Source: a virus. From it: a DNA stretch of 46,043 nucleotides. Of this stretch, positions 1 to 7,896 are shown one piece after another; the stretch's first letter is position 1, and every line of letters begins with the position of its first letter. The notes below the pieces were generated by a model. The model was not told the DNA's origin and did no database searches. It worked only from the letters and a program-made list of their open reading frames with translations. The position numbers and the translations under genes were made by a program. The stretch is from IMG/VR virus record IMGVR_UViG_3300025669_000006. One strand, written 5' to 3'.

Positions 1-127
1 CTAACCTTAGAACCAATCACCTTAGTGGCTGCGAGTCCAGCGTCAAGTGTGACATAGGAACCTCCGCCATCGTTGCCCGTGTTCACTATCGCAAACTCTT
101 CGCTTACCCTGGTAGCTGCATTGTCTA
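1..127. repeat. Terminal redundancy, left copy (identical to 45917-46043); signature of a circularly closed contig
   Basis: Read directly: 1-127 (ctaaccttagaaccaatcac...gctgcattgtcta) recurs base for base at 45917-46043. Unique sequence is 45916 bp. An ORF is continuous across the join. Confidence 0.95.
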
Positions 128-620
128 CGCGAACGTAGTAGTTCGCTTTCCATTCTGCGTCAAGGTCAATGCGTGCGTCATCATCGTTTTCGTCTACGAC
201 ATAAATCTTCGTCGTAGTGTTTGCATATTGTGCTTTGGTGAAACAGCTATTGATAGTTGCTTCCGCACACTCAATAGCTTGTGCGCCGGATAAGGCAATC
301 TCGGCAGACGCTTTGTATATGATATCGAACTGGCAATCAGTAGGATATGCGCCGCCGCTGTCTATGACTCCCGAGCCTGCGATATGGGAGTTGAGCACGA
401 AGCCGTAGGAACCTGTGCTCCTAGACATGCGCATGGTGCCGTCGTTCGCTGCGCCGAAAATGATCCCGCTTGCACCACCAGTCAGGTCTAAGTCCCAAAC
501 GAAATCCTTGCCCGAGGGAACAGTGATCGTATCACCGTCCACCGGAACGCCATTGTCCCACGTTCCCGCGCTTGATGCGAGGTCTGTGCCGTTTGTGGCT
601 ATGACGTTAGTTGTCGCCAT
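1..620 (-). CDS. Beta-helix/tail-fibre-like protein, N-terminal segment of the junction-spanning gene (continues at 45916 down to 44884; joined product about 550 aa)
   Basis: My own translation of the minus strand gives ATG at 620 (MATTNVIATNGTDLASSAGTWDNGVPVDGDTITVPSGKDF...). It is open to base 1. It is in frame, through the 127-bp overlap, with the listed ORF 44884..46002, whose listed M is an internal GTG. It overlaps the stop of 607..930 by 14 nt. Confidence 0.7.
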   Translation of the reverse strand, partial: MATTNVIATNGTDLASSAGTWDNGVPVDGDTITVPSGKDFVWDLDLTGGASGIIFGAANDGTMRMSRSTGSYGFVLNSHIAGSGVIDSGGAYPTDCQFDIIYKASAEIALSGAQAIECAEATINSCFTKAQYANTTTKIYVVDENDDDARIDLDAEWKANYYVRVDNAATRVSEEFAIVNTGNDGGGSYVTLDAGLAATKVIGSKV

Positions 621-930
621 CGTCTACTCCGAGAAATTCATATGTCTTGCTGTCAGGATGACAGGTGCTTACCATGCTTAGTTGCGTTTTTCCAAACGTC
701 ACCTTGACGCCTTTTGGTACACTATATACGCCTTCTGTAGGCTTGCTTACGTGCTGGTCCTTGTCGAGCACTCTAGGTTCCGCTGATCCCGGCTCTTTGT
801 CGTACGTGATTGTCACGACGCCATTTCGTTCCCGAACAGAGACACCACCGACTACCAGGTTATCGCCAGGCTTTACCTCGTAGATTGACTGGACAATGCC
901 AATTGCTTCTGGGTCTGTGATTTCTGCCAT
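607..930 (-). CDS. Hypothetical small protein (107 aa), structural module
   Basis: ORF track. Operon-style 14-nt overlap with the downstream fibre gene start. No motif recognised. Confidence 0.55.
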   Translation of the reverse strand: MAEITDPEAIGIVQSIYEVKPGDNLVVGGVSVRERNGVVTITYDKEPGSAEPRVLDKDQHVSKPTEGVYSVPKGVKVTFGKTQLSMVSTCHPDSKTYEFLGVDDGDN

Positions 931-983
931 TTTATATCCTCGCGTTTGCCGTCTCGCCTTTGGTTTGCTCGTGCGTTGTCATT

Positions 984-1463
984 TCAGCGAGCATACTCGC
1001 TGAGCGCTTCCTCTCCCAGTTTCGGATATTCGCTGTCGGGTCTAATTACGCTGGTCACGGTCGCCGCTACGCCTCCGGGATCGAGTCCTGCATCGTCGCT
1101 TGCCACGTCTCGGCGCAGCCGCTGAATCTCACTCAGGGCGCTCTCCATCGACTTGCGTGCGTGCTCGTTCAGGTGCGACAGACTAAGGCTCGTTCCCGCC
1201 TCTGCCAAGGTGAACATGACGTTCGACACGTTTGTCACGCTTCGCCACAGAATGTATCGGATACAGGCTTTCATGAGCTGTGTGCGCTTGACCCCACTCA
1301 CGCTCGAAACCAACTCTACTCCGTACTCTGCCGTTGCATCGTTCACAATCTCATTATAGGAGCCCGCGCCAACAGTCCATCCGAGCATAGGGGCGAAATT
1401 CCCAAGCTCATTATGAGCGTAGATCCGCGCCTCTGATTCGGTGATTGATGTGGCGGCTGCCAT
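984..1463 (-). CDS. Hypothetical protein (159 aa), head/neck module by position
   Basis: ORF track. Packed 3 nt after the stop of 1467..2036. No motif recognised. Confidence 0.6.
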   Translation of the reverse strand: MAAATSITESEARIYAHNELGNFAPMLGWTVGAGSYNEIVNDATAEYGVELVSSVSGVKRTQLMKACIRYILWRSVTNVSNVMFTLAEAGTSLSLSHLNEHARKSMESALSEIQRLRRDVASDDAGLDPGGVAATVTSVIRPDSEYPKLGEEALSEYAR

Positions 1464-1466
1464 GGC

Positions 1467-2036
1467 TTAGCCTTCTTCTGGTTCGGGTGGCGCTACCCGG
1501 CTGTCGGCCTGTTCTGTGGACTGGTCGTCTTCGGTCGCTTCGTCGGCCTGGTCGATTTCTTCTTTTGGCTGTTTCGCCGCGGCAAACAACTCCGCGCGCC
1601 GCTTGTTTGCAGCGACGTGGGCTTCTGCTTGGCGTCGTAGCTCTTCGCCCTCCGGCGGCCTCGTCCCTACTGTGCCGCAAGCTACCCGTATTGCGCGCGC
1701 CGCCTGCTCTAAAGCGGTAGCGGGGGCGTCCGCATCTCGCCGTTTCTTATCCTTCTCGATGCGCGATGTCTCCCGACGAGCGGCCCTTTGCGCCTTCGCC
1801 TCCTTAGTCTTCTCGGCTTTCTCGATTTCAGGATCCGTGCGAACCTTCATGCGAGCGAGAATGTTTGGGAGCGCGCTGGCCGCTGCCTCTGCCTTGAATA
1901 GCCGCCTTGTCTCGGCATCGCTCACGGCGTGAGGGGTGGACATTTCTATGCCTGCTTTGTCGCATAGCGCTTTGACACCACTGTAGATCGCTTCCATAGC
2001 CGTGTTCTTCCGGCCTTCCATATCGTGCTTCCGCAT
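1467..2036 (-). CDS. Hypothetical highly charged protein (189 aa)
   Basis: GGAGGAA lies 5 nt upstream of ATG 2036. Long K/E/R/A-rich stretch (EKAEKTKEAKAQRAARRETSRIEKDKKRRD). Confidence 0.6.
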   Translation of the reverse strand: MRKHDMEGRKNTAMEAIYSGVKALCDKAGIEMSTPHAVSDAETRRLFKAEAAASALPNILARMKVRTDPEIEKAEKTKEAKAQRAARRETSRIEKDKKRRDADAPATALEQAARAIRVACGTVGTRPPEGEELRRQAEAHVAANKRRAELFAAAKQPKEEIDQADEATEDDQSTEQADSRVAPPEPEEG

Positions 2037-2072
2037 AGGGTTCCTCCGTGCGTTATGCTGGTGTTGCAGCTT

Positions 2073-2876
2073 CTAATTGTCCGTGTTGTAATCGCGAAGC
2101 CAAGTGGTGCCTGTCCAGGTGACTTGCAAAACGTCAGTTCCGCCAAGCACTACGTCAGCGCCACCAAGATCTGTAGTAGCTCCGTCCTTCACCGTGATAG
2201 CGTTCGAGTCCATATTGATGATCTTGAGGAGTTGGCCCGTCACCGTGCCATCGGCGATAGCTTTCGAGGCCGAAGTCGAAACAGAACCGGCTGCGTCAAT
2301 CAGAACGAGCGTCTGATCGCTGTGAGGGATCGTAAGTCCTGCCGTGATAGTGGCAGTTGTTCCGGGAGCAAAGGCAATCGCAGCGTTAACTGACAGCGCG
2401 GTTGTGTTTGCGGATGGTCTATCCAGACTTCCACCCAGCTCGATGTTCCCGCTTATAGCCGCGTCGCCATCGGTCAATGTGAGGTCGCCATCCGTCAGCG
2501 TCAAGTCTCCAAGCGTCAAGTCCGCGTCGCCATCGGTCAGGGTGAGGTTGCCGTCGGTGAGCGTCAAGTCTCCAAGCGTCAATACCCAGTCGCCAGAAGA
2601 GGCGGTTAGATCCGCACCAATCGTGACATCACCCACGAGTTCCGTTGTCTTTTCAACTTTGAGGTATTGCGGCTGTACGAGCTGGAACCGGCTGCGGTGC
2701 AGGTTCTGTGCTTGGACGGTTGGTGTCGGTGCGAGCACGCCGGCAGCGAGAGAGAATGCGAACGCGATGATGCACAGGCTGCTGAGTGCAGCCGCGTATT
2801 TCTTGTATGTTCCCACGATTCTAATCCTTCTGTGTTTTGGTTTGTCGGCAAGAGAGCCGGAGCCCTGGGAGGTCAT
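2073..2876 (-). CDS. Signal-anchored or secreted repeat protein (LTLTDG-type repeats) with a C-terminal module shared with the 888-aa protein at 29200..31866
   Basis: Signal-peptide-like N-terminus: KKY, then AAALSSLCIIAFAFSLAAGVLA, then PTPTVQA-Q. Alternative GTG start at 2816, preceded by AAGGA 8 nt upstream. Two tandem 21-aa units. The last ~110 aa align with the C-terminus of 29200..31866. Confidence 0.7.
   Translation of the reverse strand: MTSQGSGSLADKPKHRRIRIVGTYKKYAAALSSLCIIAFAFSLAAGVLAPTPTVQAQNLHRSRFQLVQPQYLKVEKTTELVGDVTIGADLTASSGDWVLTLGDLTLTDGNLTLTDGDADLTLGDLTLTDGDLTLTDGDAAISGNIELGGSLDRPSANTTALSVNAAIAFAPGTTATITAGLTIPHSDQTLVLIDAAGSVSTSASKAIADGTVTGQLLKIINMDSNAITVKDGATTDLGGADVVLGGTDVLQVTWTGTTWLRDYNTDN
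2461..2586 (-). repeat. Tandem 63-bp duplication (2 copies) inside CDS 2073..2876
   Basis: 2461-2523 and 2524-2586 are near-identical (gcgtcgccatcggtca..gtgaggt.gcc.tc.gt.agcgtcaagtctccaagcgtcaa). They encode LTLGDLTLTDG(N/D)LTLTDGDA(D/A). Confidence 0.85.
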
Positions 2877-2932
2877 TCCAAGACCCCGGTCTCTCTGTAC
2901 TTCGGCCCGCTTGCACAGACCGAAGGGAACCG

Positions 2933-4036
2933 CTAGTTACCAATCGGAGCAGTATATCCAGTGGGCACAAGGTACGTCCCCGCGCTGCCAAGTCCGCCTG
3001 CATCGCCGATACGGTACACCAAAGCGCCGACACGGTTGTTGGCGGCAAACCCGACAATCCGCTCCCATGTCGATTCCTGCAATGGGTACAAGGTGTTCTG
3101 GGACACAAGCTGGAAGCCACGAAGCTCGGGAGTCTCAGACTCACGCATCCACAAGGGCGGCGTGCCTGCTGGGCTGGGTGCCACGGCGATCATGTACCCG
3201 GCTGGCAATGCCCTCCAGTGCACGATCCATCCGCCGTCCGCGTGGTAGCCCAGGATCTCGCCGGGGACCGGGAATCCGAGCACGCCTACAAGCTTATCAG
3301 CGCTGTCGCCGGCCTGGATGTTCGGGTCTTCCGGCAAATGGAACGCGGCGAGCGCTTGGGTTGTCGCGACCAGGCTTGTGGATATGAACGTAACGACGGT
3401 CCCGTTTACGTTCTCAGGGTGTTCTAGGAGCTCCTCCTTGATGATTGGGTACGGGTCTGTCCCATCTGCGATGGCGGCGGCTTGTGCAAGCTGGTGTGTG
3501 TCGTCTGAGCCCGTTAGGGCTGCACCTCTCGCCTGATACAGCGTGCCGTCCCCGTTTGCAAGCGGCTCAATTGTCAGCGTGCCATATTTGGGATCGGGAT
3601 ACGCCCAGGACACGAGGCTGAACAGGGCCGACCACACTAGATTGCGCTGCCAGTAGGCATCCGCGATCATGGCGGCATATGTTTCGTCCGCCACCATTTT
3701 GACGGTCATTGCGGCGGCGGCCATTCGGGTCAAGCCGTTGCCCGTTTGTGCGTGCTGCAAGTGCGCCGCGACAGTGTACGAAGTGATTCCTTTTGAGGGA
3801 AGCGCCCGCGAAAACTCATCAGCGGGCAGCATGTTACGAAGCACATTCGACTGGAACTTCATCTGGTGTTCTGTGGTTTGCGTCGTGAAGACGCTCAGCA
3901 TCTCTGCGGACTCTTTGTTCCAGTCCTCAAGCGACTTGAGAACCGCTTCTGCTACGATTTCCGGTCCCGCCGCAGTGACTGTGCGGTCCATTATGTCGTC
4001 CAGGTCTAGGAACCCTGACGGTACGAGTGTTGCCAT
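2933..4036 (-). CDS. Major capsid protein (candidate, 367 aa)
   Basis: Position: third gene after the late promoter, behind scaffold and decoration-like genes. Typical size. AAGGAGA RBS. No diagnostic motif could be checked without a search. Confidence 0.6.
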   Translation of the reverse strand: MATLVPSGFLDLDDIMDRTVTAAGPEIVAEAVLKSLEDWNKESAEMLSVFTTQTTEHQMKFQSNVLRNMLPADEFSRALPSKGITSYTVAAHLQHAQTGNGLTRMAAAAMTVKMVADETYAAMIADAYWQRNLVWSALFSLVSWAYPDPKYGTLTIEPLANGDGTLYQARGAALTGSDDTHQLAQAAAIADGTDPYPIIKEELLEHPENVNGTVVTFISTSLVATTQALAAFHLPEDPNIQAGDSADKLVGVLGFPVPGEILGYHADGGWIVHWRALPAGYMIAVAPSPAGTPPLWMRESETPELRGFQLVSQNTLYPLQESTWERIVGFAANNRVGALVYRIGDAGGLGSAGTYLVPTGYTAPIGN

Positions 4037-4079
4037 GATCGTGATCTCCTTGTTGAAGGCATGCGCCTTGCGTTGTGGC

Positions 4080-4805
4080 TTAGATGCCTATCATCAAGAT
4101 TTTGTCTGGGGTTTGGCCCTTCGAAACGTCATGCTTCGCAAGGACGTGTCCGACGACTTTCAGAGTGACGCCTTCGGTGGTCGCAACAATTCCGATGGTC
4201 GGGGAACTTCCGCCCGTCATGGAATTTGTGGCCAACGTGATCAGCGGCAACGCTTTGCCCTGGAGAGAGGCACCGAACGTGATCACAAACGGGCCTTCTG
4301 AGCCGCCAGAGCCTGATACGTTTCCGGCGCCGATATTGGAAAGCAATCCGAGTGCCGTGGCCACCTGTGCGCCCGTGGCGTCGTAGGCGATCTCTGCCGT
4401 TTCTTGGCCGTCGAGTCCGAGTGTGAATGTACCGCCAGTGGGAGACCCTGATTCTGTGAGCGTTTGAACTTCGGATACTCCGGCTTGCGCGGATGCAAGT
4501 TTGCCAGGAGTCGAACTCAGGAAGACAGGATCGCCGAAGTCGAGAGCCGTCAGGTCGAAGCCTGATATTCGACCTTGAAGCACCGCTGTACTACCCATTC
4601 GGATAACAGCGTCCTTGATGACAATGCCGAAGGGCCTGTCAAGAGCCGCTACGTTGGCGTCGGACAGGACGTGCGCCCCCGCCGCTGCGCTGAGGGTTAC
4701 TACATCCCCCGATGAAAGAGCAACCCCAGCCGGGTTGGTCATCCCCACAAAATTAAGGTCAAGGACCGCAACGTCCTTGCCGCTCTCTAGTGCCAAGTCG
4801 GCCAT
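4080..4805 (-). CDS. Head decoration/auxiliary capsid protein candidate carrying an inserted ~90-aa module also present in the major tail protein
   Basis: Lies between scaffold and capsid genes. GAAGGAGA RBS. The internal segment VSEVQTLTESGSPTGGTFTLGLDGQETAEIAYDATGAQVATALGLLSNIGAGNVSGSGGSEGPFVITF aligns with 41576..42427. Confidence 0.5.
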   Translation of the reverse strand: MADLALESGKDVAVLDLNFVGMTNPAGVALSSGDVVTLSAAAGAHVLSDANVAALDRPFGIVIKDAVIRMGSTAVLQGRISGFDLTALDFGDPVFLSSTPGKLASAQAGVSEVQTLTESGSPTGGTFTLGLDGQETAEIAYDATGAQVATALGLLSNIGAGNVSGSGGSEGPFVITFGASLQGKALPLITLATNSMTGGSSPTIGIVATTEGVTLKVVGHVLAKHDVSKGQTPDKILMIGI

Positions 4806-4858
4806 AACAGGATCTCCTTCGTTGTGCGAGGAGTTCCGTCATGGCCCGCAATAGCAGA

Positions 4859-5467
4859 CTAGAAGGCACCACTCGCAATTTTCTTTGTAACTTCTTTGGC
4901 TTCTGCCGTAGTATCAGTCCCGCCTCCCGCTCCGCCACGCGGTGTAGGCTTAACCCCTACCGCCACAGTCTTCTTGTGCGCCGTCCCGTGCTCCGTGACC
5001 CACTCGCTGCGCTTCGCGACGGGCAGGCCCATTACTAGGGCCTTCACGCTTTCCTCAAGTTCAAGCTCTTCGACCCGCGCGTTCACAAGACCTTCGAGAG
5101 CAACCTTGCTTGCGTCGCGTTCGGTGGCAAGCTCTTCGACCCGTGCGTTTGCCGTTTGCAATTCCGCGTCCTGGGCTGCGAGCTTTGTGCCGCGCTCCTC
5201 AGCGAGCGTCTTGTGCTCGTTGTCTTCTGCGAGCTTCTTATCGCGATCAGCCTCTTTGGCCTTCTCTGCCGCCTCTTCAAGTTTTGTCTGTTGGCGCGCC
5301 AGCCGGTCCTTGATGGTGTCTTCCACCCTCTTGTCGGCTTCTGCCTTGGCGTCCTTCTTGATCACCTCGACCTCCTCGGCTGTCCAAGAGGTCTTCTCTT
5401 CCCTGGCGGGTGTCCCTTTGTCTTCAGGAGTCCCGCCGTCGTCGATTTTCTTCGGTTCTTTAGCCAT
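4859..5467 (-). CDS. Scaffolding protein (candidate, 202 aa)
   Basis: Charged coiled-coil-like sequence (KLEEAAEKAKEADRDKKLAEDNEHKTLAEERGTKLAAQDAELQTANARVEELATERD). Lies just upstream of the capsid genes and is the first gene after promoter 5545-5572. Confidence 0.65.
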   Translation of the reverse strand: MAKEPKKIDDGGTPEDKGTPAREEKTSWTAEEVEVIKKDAKAEADKRVEDTIKDRLARQQTKLEEAAEKAKEADRDKKLAEDNEHKTLAEERGTKLAAQDAELQTANARVEELATERDASKVALEGLVNARVEELELEESVKALVMGLPVAKRSEWVTEHGTAHKKTVAVGVKPTPRGGAGGGTDTTAEAKEVTKKIASGAF

Positions 5468-5544
5468 CGTTGCCTCGTTCTTCTGTTGACGTGCCAGAAT
5501 GATCCCCGCGATTAGCCGCTCGCGTAACGTTCCGTCTGCCCGAA

Positions 5545-5572
5545 ATCATACACTTATTTTTCAGAATGTCAA
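5545..5572 (-). promoter_or_regulatory. Sigma70-like promoter for the scaffold-decoration-capsid genes
   Basis: Minus strand reads TTGACA (5572-5567), a 16-nt spacer, then TATGAT (5550-5545). An AT-rich tract (aataaatatata) lies just upstream. It sits in the only AT-rich gap of the head module. Confidence 0.6.
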
Positions 5573-5590
5573 GAAAGAATAAATATATAC

Positions 5591-5989
5591 CTATTTGGTG
5601 AGGTCTTTCCCTGAAAGATCGCGAACTGAATTTGATAGAATTATGTGAGCAAATTCCTTTGCGGCTTGCAGTGCGCCTGGATCTGTAAAGGCGCGCTCTA
5701 TGATCAACGCAACAGTTTCCTGTGCTGGATCCGCTAAGCTAAGCGCCGTGGCAGGGGCACGAAGATACCTCATCGCAAATTGCTCGATTTGCAGCTTTGC
5801 ATCCTTCAGATGTACGCGCTGGACGCCAGGGCAGTGTATCCGCTGTTCTCTACAAGTTGCGGATGTCTTGTATGACTTTTTGCCACTGCATCGACTAAGA
5901 AACATTCTTATGGACAGCTTCCATTCGCCGTACAATGCTGTATTCCGTCCCGTCTTAGGGTCTTTTGTCCATACCAAGTCTGCTCCCAT
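5591..5989 (-). CDS. Hypothetical protein (132 aa)
   Basis: Internal ATG at 5989 chosen: AAGGAGGAG lies upstream and TGATG overlaps the MuF-like stop. The longer 151-aa version in the track would overlap MuF. Confidence 0.55.
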   Translation of the reverse strand: MGADLVWTKDPKTGRNTALYGEWKLSIRMFLSRCSGKKSYKTSATCREQRIHCPGVQRVHLKDAKLQIEQFAMRYLRAPATALSLADPAQETVALIIERAFTDPGALQAAKEFAHIILSNSVRDLSGKDLTK

Positions 5990-7014
5990 CACTCCTCCTT
6001 TTTCTCCAAATCTTTCAGCGGTGTTCGTTGTACTTGCTCGCCCCACTCTTTGCTCTGTGACACGGTGGCCAAGTCCTCTATCTCAAAGGACTCGTCCTTC
6101 CACGAATCGTATACTTCGGGGCCTAGCATTTCCTTCTGCGTGGCTTCGTCTTGTTCTTTGAACCAATCAACTCCGCTCTGCCATTCCGGCTCCAAGCCTC
6201 CGACGATAGGGACCATGGAGCAACGTCCATTTGGATGATCGCCCATCTGCCGTTCGACCGGGTATATCTTGCCATCCAGCGCGATGCAGGCCATGCATGT
6301 CCTGGTATCTTTCGTGGCCATCCGTTTGTATTCTGTCACCACACCTGAGTCTTCATACGTGGCGCGTGTGGCTTCTCTGTACGCCCTGAGCGTTTCCGTC
6401 CGCGCAATGCGCAACGCGTTCCCGAGTGGGATCTCAGTTACTGCGCTGAGGCGCTTTGCTATCTCCTTCGGGCTTAGGCCGCGCAACAACCCGCTCTCCA
6501 ACACGTCCTCGATCTTCTCAAACATGTCGGGATATTCGCGAAGCATCAATTCGCGGAGCGGGGATCCATCCGCTGCGAATCCGGCTCTGAGCGCTTCCAC
6601 TGCCTCGAGGTCACTGAGTGTCGAAAAGGCCAAAGTGTCGCCAGTTGCGTTCAGATACGCAAGGTCTACGACGCTCCCACCCTCCGCAAGGCCGAGAGTC
6701 CCATAGGCCTCTTGGAGCGATCCGACCTTGATGTTCGTATAGTCCGCGAATGCGAGCGATTGCTCTTCGACCTGTGCGAGTGTTCGCTTGTACGAATCCA
6801 GCTTGTGGACTTTGCCGATGGGGACTTTCTCGCCCGCCTTGGCCAGCTCCGCCACTTCCGCAGAAAGTTCCTCGATGTCTTTCGTGAGTCCTTTGGACAT
6901 CCGCGCCCACGCTTCCGCCATCTCCTCCATATGCCGAAGCTCTTCGCGCAAGAGCGCCGCGCGGTATTCCCTGACCACTTGCTCGATGTCTCCGGTTGTC
7001 GTGTCAGTCGCCAT
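5989..7014 (-). CDS. Minor head protein, phage Mu F / SPP1 gp7 family
   Basis: Motifs LRIARTETLRAY, TRTCMACIALDGKIY and GDHPNGRCSMVP, typical of the Mu F-like head morphogenesis family. Start set at ATG 7014 (AAGGGGA upstream). Track ORF extends to 7035. Confidence 0.85.
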   Translation of the reverse strand: MATDTTTGDIEQVVREYRAALLREELRHMEEMAEAWARMSKGLTKDIEELSAEVAELAKAGEKVPIGKVHKLDSYKRTLAQVEEQSLAFADYTNIKVGSLQEAYGTLGLAEGGSVVDLAYLNATGDTLAFSTLSDLEAVEALRAGFAADGSPLRELMLREYPDMFEKIEDVLESGLLRGLSPKEIAKRLSAVTEIPLGNALRIARTETLRAYREATRATYEDSGVVTEYKRMATKDTRTCMACIALDGKIYPVERQMGDHPNGRCSMVPIVGGLEPEWQSGVDWFKEQDEATQKEMLGPEVYDSWKDESFEIEDLATVSQSKEWGEQVQRTPLKDLEKKEE

Positions 7015-7534
7015 GTGAATCCCCTTTCGCGCCATGAATCATGCAGCCGACGATCGCTACAGCGTTTATCCAGCCAGCTTTGTCGGGTCGGCATCCGGAC
7101 TGTGGCACGGCGACACGGTACCACAGCTCGTGCCGCTTTCCGAGATTCTTGATCCGGCTCTCTCGGACTATGATGTCGCCAGGAATTTGAAGATGAATCA
7201 TCCGCGATCCTATTTCGGCCCTGGCCTTGCCTAGCTTCTTTCGGGCCACGGAACGCGGCACCTCGAACCACGGCATGACAGGAATCGTGTCGCGGTCCTT
7301 GGCGCTCACTATCTTGTATCGGCGCCCGTTGCGCAGCGTCTCAGGTTCGACGTTGCCGCACTCCCTACACGGATCGCCGCAAGGTGTCATCGCGCAACAC
7401 TGAGAGCAGACCGTTTGCGGCTTTAGGGTCTCGACTGGCGGAGTGGGGGCCTGCGGTGTCGGCCAGAGCACACGCTCTCGCAGTTCCGTCATATCTTCGT
7501 CTGTCAGGCTTCCATCTTTTCTGTCACTGCTCAC
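7004..7534 (-). CDS. Hypothetical Cys-rich (zinc-ribbon-like) protein (176 aa)
   Basis: GTG start in a GTGA overlap with the upstream stop. Cys cluster CSQCCAMTPCGDPCRECG. Function unknown. Confidence 0.5.
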   Translation of the reverse strand: MSSDRKDGSLTDEDMTELRERVLWPTPQAPTPPVETLKPQTVCSQCCAMTPCGDPCRECGNVEPETLRNGRRYKIVSAKDRDTIPVMPWFEVPRSVARKKLGKARAEIGSRMIHLQIPGDIIVRESRIKNLGKRHELWYRVAVPQSGCRPDKAGWINAVAIVGCMIHGAKGDSHGD

Positions 7535-7896
7535 GGCTTCGCCCCTTCCTGCGCCTTAAGTATCGCTTCGGCGAAGGTGTCACCCTTGCCAATCTCTTGT
7601 CTCCGGATTACTGGGTGTGGCTCTTCAAGAAGTTTGTAAATTGCGAACCCGTAGACGTATTTCTCCCACTCCCACCCGCGCTCCTCGCAGAACAGCTCGC
7701 TGTCGTTCTTGCCCTCGAAGTTGCCAATGGTTTTTATGATCCAATCCCACGCGGCGAATTCCTCTCGGAATGAATTGAGCCTCTCGTCATTGTGGCGGAC
7801 AACATAAATACTTTCTCCGTGGAATTTACTTTTTGGCTCATGTGCTACCGTCCACCCGAGCGCCCTAGCGATCTGTATGTTGATTGATTCCATCAT
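7531..7896 (-). CDS. Hypothetical protein, possibly phage ABA-sandwich-domain-like (121 aa)
   Basis: Start at ATG 7896: AGGAGGGG lies 4 nt upstream and ATGA overlaps the MTase stop. The N-terminal IARALGW and C-terminal GDTFAEAILKA resemble that family (recognised from memory, weak). Confidence 0.5.
   Translation of the reverse strand: MMESINIQIARALGWTVAHEPKSKFHGESIYVVRHNDERLNSFREEFAAWDWIIKTIGNFEGKNDSELFCEERGWEWEKYVYGFAIYKLLEEPHPVIRRQEIGKGDTFAEAILKAQEGAKP

Noticed and set aside
2877-2932. Possible terminator or attenuator hairpin just after the capsid gene.
   Set aside because: Only 5-6-bp stems (CTTCGG/CCGAAG) are present and no U-tract follows. This is not convincing.
2344-3387. Long plus-strand ORFs in the track (for example 2344..3387 at 347 aa, 18297..19112 at 271 aa, 38852..39553 at 233 aa, 27256..27897 at 213 aa, 21995..22633 at 212 aa).
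   Set aside because: Each lies antisense to a well-supported minus-strand gene. Their translations are R/S/P/A-rich low-complexity strings without motifs or RBS contexts. They are typical shadow ORFs of GC-rich DNA.
6666-7271. 201-aa same-strand alternative-frame ORF inside the MuF-like and Cys-rich genes, as a second overlapping-gene candidate.
   Set aside because: The translation is an R/S/K/W-rich string with no recognisable motif. It is not co-terminal with any gene. It is used only as the background yardstick for the 379-codon case at the MTase locus.
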